A DNA stretch of 64,000 nt from the NCBI GenBank assembly GCA_010909165.1, contig VJWM01000324.1, positions 1-64,000 on the forward strand, written 5' to 3'. The stretch comes from Anthoceros angustus. Its lineage: Eukaryota > Plantae > Anthocerotophyta. Below the pieces are notes generated by a model. The model was given only the letters and a program-made list of their open reading frames with translations. It was not told the origin of the DNA and searched no databases. Positions 35,383 to 47,599 of this stretch are shown one piece after another (position 1 is the first letter of the stretch; each line of letters begins with the position of its first letter). A program made the translations under genes and the position numbers.

Positions 35383-37464
35383 TCATTGAAGCTTCACTTT
35401 ATACTTGATGACGGTGTAACCGACGGCAAGGGCTGCTGCTCCTGAAACGACTGCAGCCGGATAGCAGATCTTGCTCCACCTCGACCTTCTCTGCAACACA
35501 GACTTCAAACCCTGGAGTTCGGTCATGACCTCCCAGGTCTTCTTCTCATTGCTGCCTGCTGCAGTCCTAGCCTTCTCCAACGAATCCGCGAGCTCCTCCA
35601 CCTTCTCCCTCCACATTCTCAGTTCCTCCTCCACCTTGTCTGCCGTTTCAGCGGACGAGCCGCTCATCCTCCGCAGTTCCAACTCTAAGGCCGCTTTCAC
35701 ACCTCTGAGGGTCTCCCGCTCCTTCAGATACTCAGTCAACTGATCTTCCACCTCAGTCAGAGTGTCCTTGGTGCTTGTCAAATCGCTCTGAGTGGCATCC
35801 AGGGAAGACTTGGTTGTCATGAGCTCGTCCTCCAGGGCCTCCTTCACCCCATGCAGAGTGCCAATTTCTCTCCTCAATGCCTCGCTGCTTTCTGCTTCCC
35901 TTTCTATTCTTCGGGTAGCCTTATCAGCCTCTGTGACGGCCGCAGAGAGCTCCTCCTCTAAGTCTCCAACTCTTTCTTCCAGATAGTGCACTCTAGCTTG
36001 CACCTCGTCATTATCTTTGCTCACTTGCTGCAGCTGCACTGACGTTTCTGCTAGCATGCCTTCCACCCTCTGCTTCTCTTGTTTCTCCCTCCCGAGGTCA
36101 TATTGCAGTGTATCACAGGACCTATTGGCTTCATCAAGGGCTTCCTCTGCAGCCTTGAGGTTATCTGACATTGCTGTCAGCTGGTCCTCCAGCTCCACTT
36201 TTAAGGCAATCATCCTTTTTGCCTCAGCCTCCGCATGACCCTGCTGGATCTGCAGATTCCCATGCTCCCTTGAGAGCTCCATGTGCAGGTGGTGTAGAGT
36301 ATCCACCTCTTCCTTGAGCTCAGTCACTATAGCCGTGGCATCGGCAAAGGCCTGCTCAGTTTCTCCAAGCCTGGTGGCCATTGTAGCCAACTGCTGCTCC
36401 GACTCCTGCAAAGCCTGCTCAAGTTGAGTCTTCTCCTTAGACAAAGCAAGGATCTGCTCTGAAAGTGAAGCATTCTCAGCTGCTAGTGCTTCTTGTGCCT
36501 CTTCAGAAGCAATCTTTTCCCTTAGGAGGTCCTTGTAGCGTACGGAGAATGCCTCGTTTTTTGCTTCCAAATCGTCTATAACACCTCTGAGTTCATCCAC
36601 TTCAGCAAGGTAGGTGGCGAACTTCTCTTCAGCATCCCTCCTTTCTCTCTCCAAGTCTCGCTGCTCCTGAATCAGCTCATTGTGCACTCTTCTCATCTGG
36701 TCAAGGTTGTTGGTGACCTGTGACACCTCCGTCTCCAAAGCCCGACGCTCCATGTCCAACTCTATCTTACTATGTTCCAGCTGATTCCTCTCCTCTAACA
36801 CGACCTTGTACTGACCACGAAGGCCCTCAAAAGCTTCTAACGCATCCTTAGTCTTGCTTTCGAAGACCCTATTCGTTTCCTCCAGAAATATTTTCTCAGT
36901 CAGCAATGCAGCAAGATCCTTTTGAAGACCCTCGATAAACTGTCTGGCCTCTGTAGCTTGCGTCTCAAGCTTCTGCCTCTCGTCAACAGACGATTGCAGT
37001 TCAAAATCCACCCTAGCTTTCTCATCCAACAGGTCCTTCTTCACAGATTCTAAAGTCCGCAGAGCATCTTGCGCCTTTACTGCCTGGTTGGCTCTCCCTA
37101 TTCTCAATTGCTCTTCCAAGGATTTCAAATTCTCATTAAGAGTTTCCTTGTCAGCCCTAAGTGCAGACACTTTCTGCACCAAGGTATTATTAAGCTCAAT
37201 CAGATTGGCAAGCCGCTCCTCATTTCCAGAGTTCTGAGACTGAGATCCTCGACTGCCTGAGAATGGAACTGCCTCAGATGAACTAGATTTGAAGTTAAAT
37301 CCATCATCATTACCGGAGTTGGCTATCCCAACATCATCTGCACTTGCTGACGGTGTATGATCTTCTCCTATGTAATCAACTCCATCGCCATTCCCAAAAT
37401 CAATGCCCCCTTGCAGACTCGGGTTGCGGGGAGGCGAGTGGACATAGTCCCCGTTGGACGTCAT
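35383..37464 (-). CDS. Long coiled-coil protein with C-terminal transmembrane tail anchor (PMD1/golgin-like), single coding exon, ~693 aa
   Basis: Uninterrupted 2.1-kb ORF, heptad-rich E/K/L/Q composition, C-terminal hydrophobic segment ICYPAAVVSGAAALAVGYTVI followed by KYKVKLQ. Confidence 0.85.
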   Translation of the reverse strand: MTSNGDYVHSPPRNPSLQGGIDFGNGDGVDYIGEDHTPSASADDVGIANSGNDDGFNFKSSSSEAVPFSGSRGSQSQNSGNEERLANLIELNNTLVQKVSALRADKETLNENLKSLEEQLRIGRANQAVKAQDALRTLESVKKDLLDEKARVDFELQSSVDERQKLETQATEARQFIEGLQKDLAALLTEKIFLEETNRVFESKTKDALEAFEGLRGQYKVVLEERNQLEHSKIELDMERRALETEVSQVTNNLDQMRRVHNELIQEQRDLERERRDAEEKFATYLAEVDELRGVIDDLEAKNEAFSVRYKDLLREKIASEEAQEALAAENASLSEQILALSKEKTQLEQALQESEQQLATMATRLGETEQAFADATAIVTELKEEVDTLHHLHMELSREHGNLQIQQGHAEAEAKRMIALKVELEDQLTAMSDNLKAAEEALDEANRSCDTLQYDLGREKQEKQRVEGMLAETSVQLQQVSKDNDEVQARVHYLEERVGDLEEELSAAVTEADKATRRIEREAESSEALRREIGTLHGVKEALEDELMTTKSSLDATQSDLTSTKDTLTEVEDQLTEYLKERETLRGVKAALELELRRMSGSSAETADKVEEELRMWREKVEELADSLEKARTAAGSNEKKTWEVMTELQGLKSVLQRRSRWSKICYPAAVVSGAAALAVGYTVIKYKVKLQ

Positions 37465-38467
37465 GAGCTCCCCTCTCGAGTCCAAGCTTGACCTCCACAG
37501 ATATGAATAACCTGTCCAGACCACCACCGGCACGGCACTGCAAGCAGGGTAGCACTCTCCATGTCAGCCCAGCACTTATTACTGGAATTCTCTTCCCTCA
37601 CACATGCAAAGCCAGATCAAAGCCAAACCTCACAATCTCCATACAAATACGTTACATCCACTCTTGGACAGGAGCTATCGTTGCACATTGTAACGCAACA
37701 AACACAGCGGATGCCAGCAACATTCAACCACCGGGGCAAATCAAATGAGACCTGAAACGCAGACCGCCGGATTCCAAAGCCCGAGTTCCTGAACTTGATC
37801 ACAAACCCGCCTCTGATGGCGGCGATCATCAGCCAGTCTTGCACCTCCTCTCCGCCGCTAAGGCGGCGTCAGAATCTGGTAGCCCTCGCCGATGAAATGA
37901 TCGGCAAGCAGTTACAGATTGTCCCACCGAGCGGCGCGGGTACCAAAGCTCAGCAGACAATCGGATATCGTTGCCAATAGCCCAGAGACCGGTGTTGTGA
38001 GGCGCTACGGCCTTCTCCGCCTTCAAATCACAACTGGAACGGATAGTTCTGTGGAATCCTGGCGAGCATTCTCGAATCGAGTGCCTGCATATTAAATGCA
38101 AGCAACAATCCCGGGGGGAAGTGAAGGGCAGTGTGATGGCGAACTTTGCAACCCTAAACTAGACCGAAGCTAACAAGCTAACAACAACGTTAGCCGATTA
38201 AGTTTATCATGTTTTTGCTTCCATTTACCTTTCTTTTCAACTCCCGCGTTCCGGTATTTTGAATTTCTCAGCCTCTTGCTTGCACGCTCCGTAGGCCAAA
38301 GCTCCAGGGGCCAAGTTCGAGCCTTCGGAAAGCTGGATTATACTCCTGGATTTGGGTTTCTGTGAGAATGGTCCTGGATGTGAGACAGAAATGCAGAGTG
38401 GCAGCAGACGGAAGCTGTTGCAGGAGAATTTCTGGGTGCAGTCTTGAGTCGTTGTAAGGCAGTTCAC

Positions 38468-41400
38468 ATGGGTATGGAGGACGATGGGTTGGCAGCGCAT
38501 GTCTGCTCCTTGATAGAAGCTGGGGCCAGAGAGTGCGAGAGCCTCTCTAGCGGGGATGGGGGTTCGTGCAGTAGTGCTTCTGGAGGGTCGCTTCCCGAAG
38601 GCCTGCTGTCGGAATTGCACAAGCTGTTTGCCGAGGCGCACTCTGGGGGGGAGAGGTCTAATTTGGATTCTGGGTTTTGGAACGAGCTTGCTGAGAGGCG
38701 AGTGTCGTTGGCAGCCTTTGTGGGAGGGCTGTCGCGGAGTATGGAGGAGAGTGGCACCGGTGGGCTCAAGGCTGCAGCTGTTTACCTTGGTCTGATGCTC
38801 GTAAAAGATTGTCCTCTCTACAGCCTGTTTAATCCGCTGGCATTCCATGTTATGACCCAGTGCGTCCGCAGCTGCTGCAATCCCAGTAGAGCCGTGCAGG
38901 AGAGCAAGGCGCCGCAGGGGAAGGTGAAGGTGAAGGGGAAGGGGAAGAAAGGGAAGCGAGGCCGTGGGCTGGAGTCTTCCAGGGATAGTGCAGGTTGCGA
39001 AACGGAGGTGGACGAGGCTTCGCCCAGTCAGGAGCAGGCGTCGCAGGGAGATGAGCAGGAGCAGTCTCAAGGCAGAAAGGAGGTTGCCAGTGTGCAGGAT
39101 CTTGTACTATTTCTGGGGGCTTTGCAGAACGTGTTGCACAGTTTGCATTTGAAGGAGCATCCGGACACGTTGAAGATTGTGGTGGAGCTTGTCGTCGATT
39201 TGCCACTCCTTGTAGCCGACTTGGAAGAAGATGAGGAGAGTGGTGCATCTCGGGGAGGAGGCAAGGTTCGAAGGATGGCTAAGGCAGGCTCCACGTCTGT
39301 TTTGATCATGTCTTTCAGTGTTCTACGAGGCCTCCTGGATGCTTCTCATGGAGATGTGATGGATACAGCGGTTATGGTCCTGCGAGCTCTCACGCCTAGC
39401 ATACTTTGTACTCAAGCAGCAGGAACCGCGTATCAGAAAGGGAAAATTCGAGCAGCAGCTCTTGAGTTCGTGTCTGCTGAGCTTGCGTCCAACAGAGATG
39501 TTCGAGAAGCAGTTGTGGCTGTTACAAGATATCTCTGTCTTAAAGCCCCAGAGAAAGTCGAAGCACGTAGCCTGGCCGTGGAGGCTGTGGTGATGATTGT
39601 GAAGAGCTTGGGGCCCTCGGAATGGGGGCGTTTAGGAAAGTTTGTAGCAAAGCTTTCAAGGGGAAAGCCTCGTCACCGGCTTCTTGCTGTAGATGTTGCG
39701 GTTGCCCTGTTCGAAAAGCTGCCCGATCCTTTTGAGAGAGATGTAGAAGCATATGTCACTAGCCCCAGAACAGGCTCGACTTCTCAGGGCGCTGAAGACA
39801 AGGCAGAAAGCAAGCATTTGGCATCTCCCGACAAAGGTGAAGATGGTGAAGCCGTAGGCTCAACAGTGAATCACTCTTGGGGAGTCTTTTGCGTAGAGGC
39901 TATACTGCATCGATGCTCTGACAAAGTCCCCACTATCCGTGCCAGGGCTTTGGGAAATCTGGGCCAGGTGGTTGAGCTTCTGTCCGGGAAAATCAGATGT
40001 CGAGGACACCTGCAGACTTTGCTGGGTTTTGTCAATTCACCGGCAGCACATACTGGGTGCCCTGCACGGACAGATGATGCTGTGGACAACTGTGAAACGC
40101 CTATGCTCCTTGACCACACACCTGATGTGGACGAATGTGGCCCCTCAGCAACCCCTTTGACTCCAGGGGCAGGACATGGGGACTTGGGATCTCTTCTTCG
40201 AAGAAGATCCCTTGATGAGAAGGCAGGTGTTCGGAAAGCAGCTCTTTTTCTGATGAAAAAGACCGCTGCTCTGTCTGGAAAGCCTCCCGATGAGGCTACT
40301 CTGCAAGCCATGGGAGCGGCCTGTGCTGATCCCCTGGTCACTATCAGGAAGGCCGCTCTTTCTGCCCTTACAGAGGTAACTACTTATGGCGTTCACCTTT
40401 CAGGATTGTGCTCACCTTCAGGTCAGCTCTATTATGAATTGACTCTCCACCTATGGAACATGCGCAGGTGTTGAGGAAATTTCCGGGAGATCAAAAGGTG
40501 ATCCTGGAATGGCTGCAATCTGCTTTGCCTTTGGCACTGGATAACGAAACGTCCATACAGGATGAATGCCTGGATATGTTTCAGGAGATCGTCCTTGATA
40601 GAATTGCTACAATTTCGGCCATTAAGCTCGCAAGTCTGAATGTTCGTCTGCAACGGACAAGGGGTAAGAGGAAGGGTCAAGGACCTAGCATTGATGAGCA
40701 GCATCAAGACTTTCAAGAAATATTGCCTCCTGGGATTCTCGATACTCTGAAAGGGATGGCGGATGGAGGGGCTGTAGCTTCCTGTGTGAAGCAAATCTGC
40801 ACCGGTCTAGGCAAGAGGAACCGTGTAAGACCTGGTGTAGCGTTAGCCTTACAGAACATTATTAATGCCTCTTGTTCAAAACCCTCCAGGAGGAGGAGGT
40901 ATGATGCAGCACCTGAAGGAGCCTGGATGCTCTTGGCTGAAGTGTCTGCCTTTGTCCCAAAAGCTGTGGGTTGGGACTTTCTGCGGACCCATTGGCAGCT
41001 GCTGGAAAAGCAAGACAGGTCGAAAAGAATTCCTGGAGTTCAGGAGGCCATGAGCACACCGTACTCATGCTCTAAGCCACAAACCCCTGGGCTGGGTGAA
41101 GAACAGAACGGGAACAATTTTGTGTCTGCAGCTTGGGCTGCTGACAGGGTGCATCTTCTGCAGACTATATCAAACATAGCTTTGGAACTTCCATCAGAAG
41201 CTGTCTATGATCTAGCCTCAGAGTTGCTTTCACATCTGGAGGCCTTCAACATGCATCCTGCAGAGGTATGATCTCGTTTCATTCTTTTAATCTCTGTGAC
41301 GTATTTGCAGAATTTGCACAAGACTCGAAGAATTTGGTGCCAAACGCTGCTAAGATAACCCCCTCCTGTCCAGGTTGCAGCACATGTCAAGGCACTAGCT

Positions 41401-44400
41401 ACTCTCTGCAGACGAAAAGCTGACATTCAGGAGCAGGGTGATGAGCTTGTTTCTGTGTGGGTGAAGACAATCTTGAGAAAAGCTGGGGACATTCTGCAGG
41501 CTTACATTTCCAAGTCGAGCTTGCAAGATGAAGAGAACCTGGACCATGTGGACACGTTTACCACACCAAAACCCAGGAGTAACAGGAAAACAAAGTCTCG
41601 GGTTCCGAGCTTGCCTAAAGGATCTGCCAAAAGTACAAGAAATGAGAAGCACCTTGTTTCACCCACTGAGGACTGCTTGCCAGTACCTACATCTCAGCTT
41701 GTGACAGTCGTATTCACCATCGGAGCTGCAGTTCTGGTATGCCCATCAGAAAAGCCAGGACACATTGTAACCCTATTACAGGCCTTGGTTGCCCCTCAAA
41801 AGGTAACACCAGTTTTAGGCCCACAACAAGTGGACGAGGATGGGAGCTCCTTTGTGATGGGAGTAGCTCCTGAAGTCACCGTTCAGGTGTGGATCACCCT
41901 TGGGAAGCTATGTCTTGCTGACAACAATCTCGCCAAGCGTTGTATTCCCCTGTTCATTCAGGTAAGTTTGGAGCTTTACGATATGTTTCTGACATTTATT
42001 CTTGGGCTTGTGAGTTTGGTGGTACATGTGAAGAGGTTCAGAGCACGAGACTGACTGACAGGTGCCACATTAACAGGAGCTCGACCGTAGCAAGTCAGCT
42101 GCGATTCGTAACAATATAATGATTGCTATGACGGACTTTTGTGTCCGCTATACTGCTTTGGTTGACGGGTAAGTCAGCTTTGTGCATGCCGACTAGCTTT
42201 TCAAATCCTTGAAGTATGTATGCTGATGATCTTTGGCCTGATTGGTGTATCTTGTGGTTCATTTTGCCAGATACATTCACAAGTTGACAAAATCCTTGCA
42301 GGATCCTTGTGAGCTGGTTCGGAGACAGACATTTGTGCTTCTGGCAAGACTGCTGCAGGTATGCAAGCTTTGACAACACAATGTCTAGCAGAGAGCTGGT
42401 CTGTCCCCCGGAAAGCAGTAAGAGTCATGTCGTCAATGCTTTTATGATATTTTCAGCTCAGCATGGTAAGGTTGGACCCTCTGGATTTGCAGAGAGATTA
42501 CGTGAAATGGCGAGGGATGATCTTTCATCGTTTTCTTCTGGCCTTGGTTGATGATTCTACCAGAATATGCCAGCTTGCAAACTTTCTGATTGGGACCATT
42601 CTTAAAGGTGAGACAAATCTTCAAACAAACCCGCCTGCACCTTCGAGCTTTGCATATCTCCGTCTCTCAATCTCTGAAAGTCAAATTCTAACATCTGTCT
42701 TTTGGTTTTGCGGTCCGAAACACAGTAAAAGCCCCTCTTCTTGCCTACAACAGCTTTGTCGAGACCATCTTCGTTCTGAATGACTGTCAAGGCCACTCAG
42801 GATACAGCAGTGCACTGCGAAGCTCAGAAAGTGAGCGCAGGCTTTTCTCCCTAAGGTGTGAGAAGATCCTTAACCCGCTCCCCTAATGCTGTGATGTTAT
42901 GAGTGATAATCATAGCTTGATAGTCAGAGCAATCGTGTGAAGACTCGATCCTTTGTGACTTTGTGCAGAGGGAATGGCGATCCGATGGTCACGAAGAGGA
43001 TGCATATCTACAATTCCCTACTACAGCAGATGGGTCCCGAGCATCTCCTGGCCACTTCAGCGAAGCTATACGCCGAAATTCTAGCCGCAGCAGTCGATGG
43101 TCTACTCGACATTAACGATCCTTCTGCTCAATGCGTGCTTGAGGTACTTCGTGTTACATATATGCTGAATCGGTAGGAGTCGGGGAAGTGTTGTGAGTCT
43201 GGGAAATGTAACGATTTCCTGGCTGACAAGACGGTTTTATCTCGTTTCCATGGAATGCTCCTAGGATGCCTTGAAAGTACTGGCGTCGAAGGAGATGCAT
43301 ATCACAAACAAGGGTAATGCTGCAGCAAACGACGGCCTGGATGTGGAGGAAGAAAATGGCCATGCAGCTGCTGTGGCTGCGGTGAAGGGGCGCGTAGTGA
43401 CTCAGCTCATGAAGAAGAACCTTGTGCAGAATGCCATCCCCATCTTTATCGAGCTCAAAAGGTCAGCACACTTTCCTGCCTTGCGGTTCTGCTTGCCACG
43501 CTTTCAAGTACCGCTCGCTCACTGTCTGACGTCATACTTGGCGCAGGATGCTGGAAAGCAGGAACAGCCCTCTGGTAGGAATGCTGATGGAGTGCCTCCG
43601 GGTGCTGCTCAAAGACTACAAGAACGAGATCGAAGAAATCTTGGTTGCAGACAAGCAGCTTCAGAAAGAGATCATGTACGACATCCAGAAGTATGAAGCA
43701 GCGAAAGCTCGTGGAAGAGTAGCAGTGGCTGCTGCAGAGATTTCCAGAACAGCAGCCGCGCCAGGGCACGCAACGCCATCTGGCACACAAATGGCGCGTG
43801 TGACTGAGCCTGGACGCGTCGAGGAAAGAGCACCTCCAGGTGAAGCGGCCGCACTGAGCCCTGCGAGCGTCAGGAGACCTCGCGGAGGAGAGACAACTCC
43901 AAGCCGGGTCGGAATCAGGGACAGGGAGAAGGAAAACGGTGGTGCATCCAACCGAAATGTCCATGGCGAGTGTTCAAGGGTATTGCGCAGCTCCACAGCG
44001 AAGAAAAGGGCGGCCAGTGCAGGTCCTGCAGCTCCATCCCCTCGCGTCACTTGGTTGGACCAAACGTCTGGGTACTCAAGGCCAGAGTATCCATCAACAC
44101 GGCCGGAACCTTCAGGGCTCCTGGACAGGACACCTAATCCGCGCATGGGACGCCCGCCTGTGACTCCGAGCCCGTGCATCCGGGCTCCTGGCATTCCCTC
44201 AGCAAGCAGGCCTCCGACTCCGGCGTCTCATCTCGTGGGGGCCGTAGCAGACGTGGCTGCTGCGGCCACGGCGGCGGCCGTGCTCAAGGAGGTGAACGGC
44301 AAATCTTCCACCCCCTTGAAGTCCATGTCCATTCCCAGAATGAAGCTTGCCACTCCTGTTACTAGGCAGGATGAACTTGCACACACTCCCTCGGCCAGAG

Positions 44401-44537
44401 GGCAGGAGAACCTGCCATCACTGGGGGACATGGATACCCTGGAAGCTGGCCAGCCAAGGGGTTCCCCAACTTTTGTAGCGAGGTCTCAAGCACCATCTGG
44501 TTCCAGGAGGCGGACAAGGTCGCACAACAACGGGTAA
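38468..44537 (+). CDS. CAP-D3: Condensin-2 complex subunit D3 (HEAT-repeat), multi-exon
   Basis: Exons from 38468-40375, 40468-41265, 41374-41961 onward with GT-AG sites. Motifs RCSDKVPTIRARAL, DEKAGVRKAAL, VRNNIMIAMTDFCVRYTALVD, LVRRQTFVLL, RDYVKWRG, KKNLVQNAIPIFIELK, LKDYKNEIEEILVADKQLQKEIMYD. Confidence 0.93.
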
Positions 44538-44730
44538 CCCTCTGCGCTGAACGCCATCATGCCTCTCCTTCTAAGCCACATGTAGATTATTGACTCCCCT
44601 GCTAACACATTTCAAACACCCTATGCACTACTAGAGAGGCTTCCCATCGGTTGTAACATAGCGCTGTCGTCGGAGGATTCAGGATTATGTACTGTTATCC
44701 GTTATTATTATTAATCCGTTACACAAACCA

Positions 44731-45468
44731 CTACCTTCTGGGCAAGGATCCCATGAAGGCAATGTAGGATGATTCTAGGTCAAAGGCTAGCTCCCGGGAT
44801 TGTCGCTCACTCAACTCATCTGAGGCCTGCATCTTGTTCAGACTGCAAATCCAATCCCTTCCCTCCTTGGAAGTCCGGGGATAAATGATGGACTCGATTG
44901 AGCGCTGTTAGTAGATCCATCAGTATAGGCTGGACTTGGTCCGCAGCAACCATGTTCAGCTTCACCGCATCCATGGCTGTGATGAATTGCTCCACGCACT
45001 GAGCGACAGCCACGGCCGTAGACGAGCCATCCGATGTTGCTCCCTTGTGCTCAACAGTGGCAGGAAGTCCAGACACGAGAAGGCGATTCACTGCGGCAGG
45101 GCACCGCATCTCATACCTGCAGGTCTCACAGCCAATTCAACTTGTCAGAAACGCACTGGACCCTGGACGAGGATATCCCATTACCCTAATTCGCGAACAG
45201 AGCATCACCAACACGATAACGGATTGGGCTTTCACTTTTTCATGAAATTTTGGACGTCGGGGACGGTGTTGCTGAGGGTGGCATTTAGAGCTCGGAATTG
45301 AGATATGAGCTTGTTGCATTCTGGCTCGTATTCCTGGTCGCTGATGAGATCCCTCACATACGCCAATTCTAACTTTTCGGTGGTGGTGATGATGGCAAAC
45401 AGGTCAGCCAAGTTTTCATACATGTCTCTCTCTCGTTCGTCCTCCCACAAGCTAACCGGCTCGGCCAT
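44731..45468 (-). pseudogene. VPS28: VPS28 (ESCRT-I) homologue with one intron and a frameshift near the 3' end
   Basis: Exon 1 45468-45236 ERDMYENLADLFAII..TEKLE.AYVRD. Intron 45235-45117. Exon 2 KYEMRCPAAVNRLLVSGLPATVEH...FITAMDAVKLNM...PDFQG. After a shift at ~44860 the canonical end DWICSLNKMQASDELSERQSRELAFDLESSY...LPRR* continues to 44731. Could be an assembly error rather than a true pseudogene. Confidence 0.85.
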
Positions 45469-45845
45469 CCTTGTTTGTTGATGCTATCGGCAAATTCAGT
45501 TGCAGCCTGGAAGACATACTAGGTTACATATGTAGGAGGTACTCGTGACTGTCTAGAAGTAGAAATTGCTACACAAAGTCTCCGAGATACACAGCAAGTT
45601 GGTGCCAGTCTAGCCAAGCACACAGGTGTAAGTATGTATCTTTAGAGCCTATCTCACAAAGGGCTAGTTTTCGTTATGACCTGCCCCGGCTGTAGAAATG
45701 GAGCACGTGGGCGAAGGCAACGTGCGAGCGGCGTTCCAAGTTGCGCGGTCGGCATGGCAACCTGCAGGGCCAAGAGGAGGGTAGCAGCGGTACAAATCCG
45801 CGAGCTCCAAGATGCTGGGAAGGAATCCGCCTCCCGAGCCGCACA

Positions 45846-46457
45846 ATGGCCGGCAAGCTCATCCCCGGCTTGTTCGAGTCGATGCTCTGCTTGCTCCTCG
45901 ACCTGCGAGCGGCAGCAGGCAGCAATGGCAACGGAAACGGGAACGGGGCAGAAACGGGAACGGGAACGGGAACGGAAACGGAAACGGAAACGGAAACGGA
46001 AACGGCAATGGCAGCGGCGATGGTGGGAGAAACAACGGCTATGACTTGAAGTGGTCGGGGAACGCGCCGGCCCTGGCCGCGCTGCAGTCCACCCCGGAGG
46101 ACATGATCTACGGCAACGAGACGTGGGGCTTACTCTTCGCCGTCACCGACGTGGGCGCCATCCCGCCCTCCTCGAGGCTACTTGGTGGTGGTCTTCGACA
46201 TCCCAGCCCAGCACAGCAGCACGGTGGATTTTGTGCGCTCTGACATCGTTGATGACGTGAATGGAATCATCGACAGCTCTGCGTTCTCCGGTATGTGCTT
46301 CGACACCAACTCGTGCAGCTTGCCTTGCTCGATCTCGGCCGAACAGCTCTATCTGAACCGGGTGACAATATTGCTTTGTGAGCACAGGAGTGCAGCGGTG
46401 GGTCGTGGGAGGCCATTCTCAAGGAGCCATCGCCACCACTGTGTACGGTACTTCTAG
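45846..46457 (+). pseudogene. Frameshifted ORF for a possibly secreted protein with a (Gly-Asn)n linker and a beta-rich domain
   Basis: MAGKLIPGLFESMLCLLLDLRAAAGSNGNG.. then (GGAAAC/GGGAAC)n, then YDLKWSGNAPALAALQSTPEDMIYGNETWGLLFAVTDVG.. and, after a shift, YLVVVFDIPAQHSSTVDFVRSDIVDDVNGII. Two frameshifts; ends at a copia LTR remnant. Confidence 0.4.
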
Positions 46458-47599
46458 AACTTATACTCATAACTCTAATATGTGATGTGTTGCACCAATC
46501 CTATAGATTTCTGACACTCCCACTCAACACATCCGTGCTACTCTTTTAAGCTTAACATCTTGCTAAACTTAACGTGCTTCTCTAAAGTCAACCCTTTGGT
46601 CAAAACATCTGCAGGCATGTCCACAGTGGGACAATACGCTAGCTCTATCTCCTTGGATTCTCCATGATGAAGTGATGCTTTACTTCAATGTGTTTCGTCC
46701 TCGCGTGAAAAGTAGCATTCTTTGCTAAGTAAATGCAACCCTGATTGTAGTTGAAGATGGTTGTTGCACCCATACCTTAAATCCCATTTCTTGAGCAATC
46801 GTCGTAGCCATATTGCTTCCATTGTTGCGAGATATTGCCATGTACTCCATACAGAGGACAAAGCCACGATGGTGCGCCTACTACTCCATGAAATGGCTCC
46901 CCCAAATAGCATAAACACATATCCTGTGGTAGACTTGCGGCCATCGACACCTCCAGCCCAATCTGAATCACAAAATCCAACCACCTGGGCGTCTTCATGT
47001 CGATCCTTTTGGTATTTCAACTTCCAATGTTTTGTGCCGCGCAAGTATCTGGATATCCTCTTGATTGCTTGATAATGCTGTTGTCGAGAGTTGGCCAAGA
47101 ATCGACTCACAACTCCCACTGCCTCTGCAATGTCGGGCCTTGTCCCTGTTGCCAAATATGTAAGGCGATAGCGGCACGTTGATAGAGAGTCTTATCTATC
47201 TTCTCTTTCTCCTTTTCGGTTGTAGGGCTCATCTCCTGCGATAGCTTCTCATTGAAGATCATTGGCGTCTTCATGGGTTTGCAATCTTGCATAAGCGGCT
47301 CAATATGGTCTCCACATATGTTTTGTTGGCTCAAAGAGATGCATTTGTTAGCCCTATTCCTTTCCACCTTTATTCCTAGGGAATAGTGGAGCTCACCCAA
47401 ATCTCTCATGTCAAAGCTTGCATTAAGGCTTTGCTTTACTAAGTCTAAGAGTTCCATGTCATTGCTAGCGATAATCTTTTCGTCCACATAGACAGCAATG
47501 ATAATTATGGATTCTCCCACTCTCTTCACATAGATATTCCAATCAGCATTGGTTTTCTTGAAACCTCTAGACTGGAAAAATACATCAACCTTACGATAC
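46458..47599 (-). mobile_element. Ty1/copia RT (3' half)-RNase H-PPT and partial 3' LTR
   Basis: YRKVDVFFQSRGFKKTNADWNIY..IIAVYVD..FDMRDLGELHYSLGI; TRPDIAEAVGVVSRF; VGFCDSDWAGGVDGRKSTTGYVF. PPT TTGAGTGGGAG (minus, 46527-46517) followed by TGTCA at 46516. Confidence 0.9.

Noticed and set aside
38150-38158. Telo-box-like AACCCTAAA and partial E2F-like site upstream of CAP-D3
   Set aside because: Single short imperfect matches, expected by chance; cannot be supported without conservation data.
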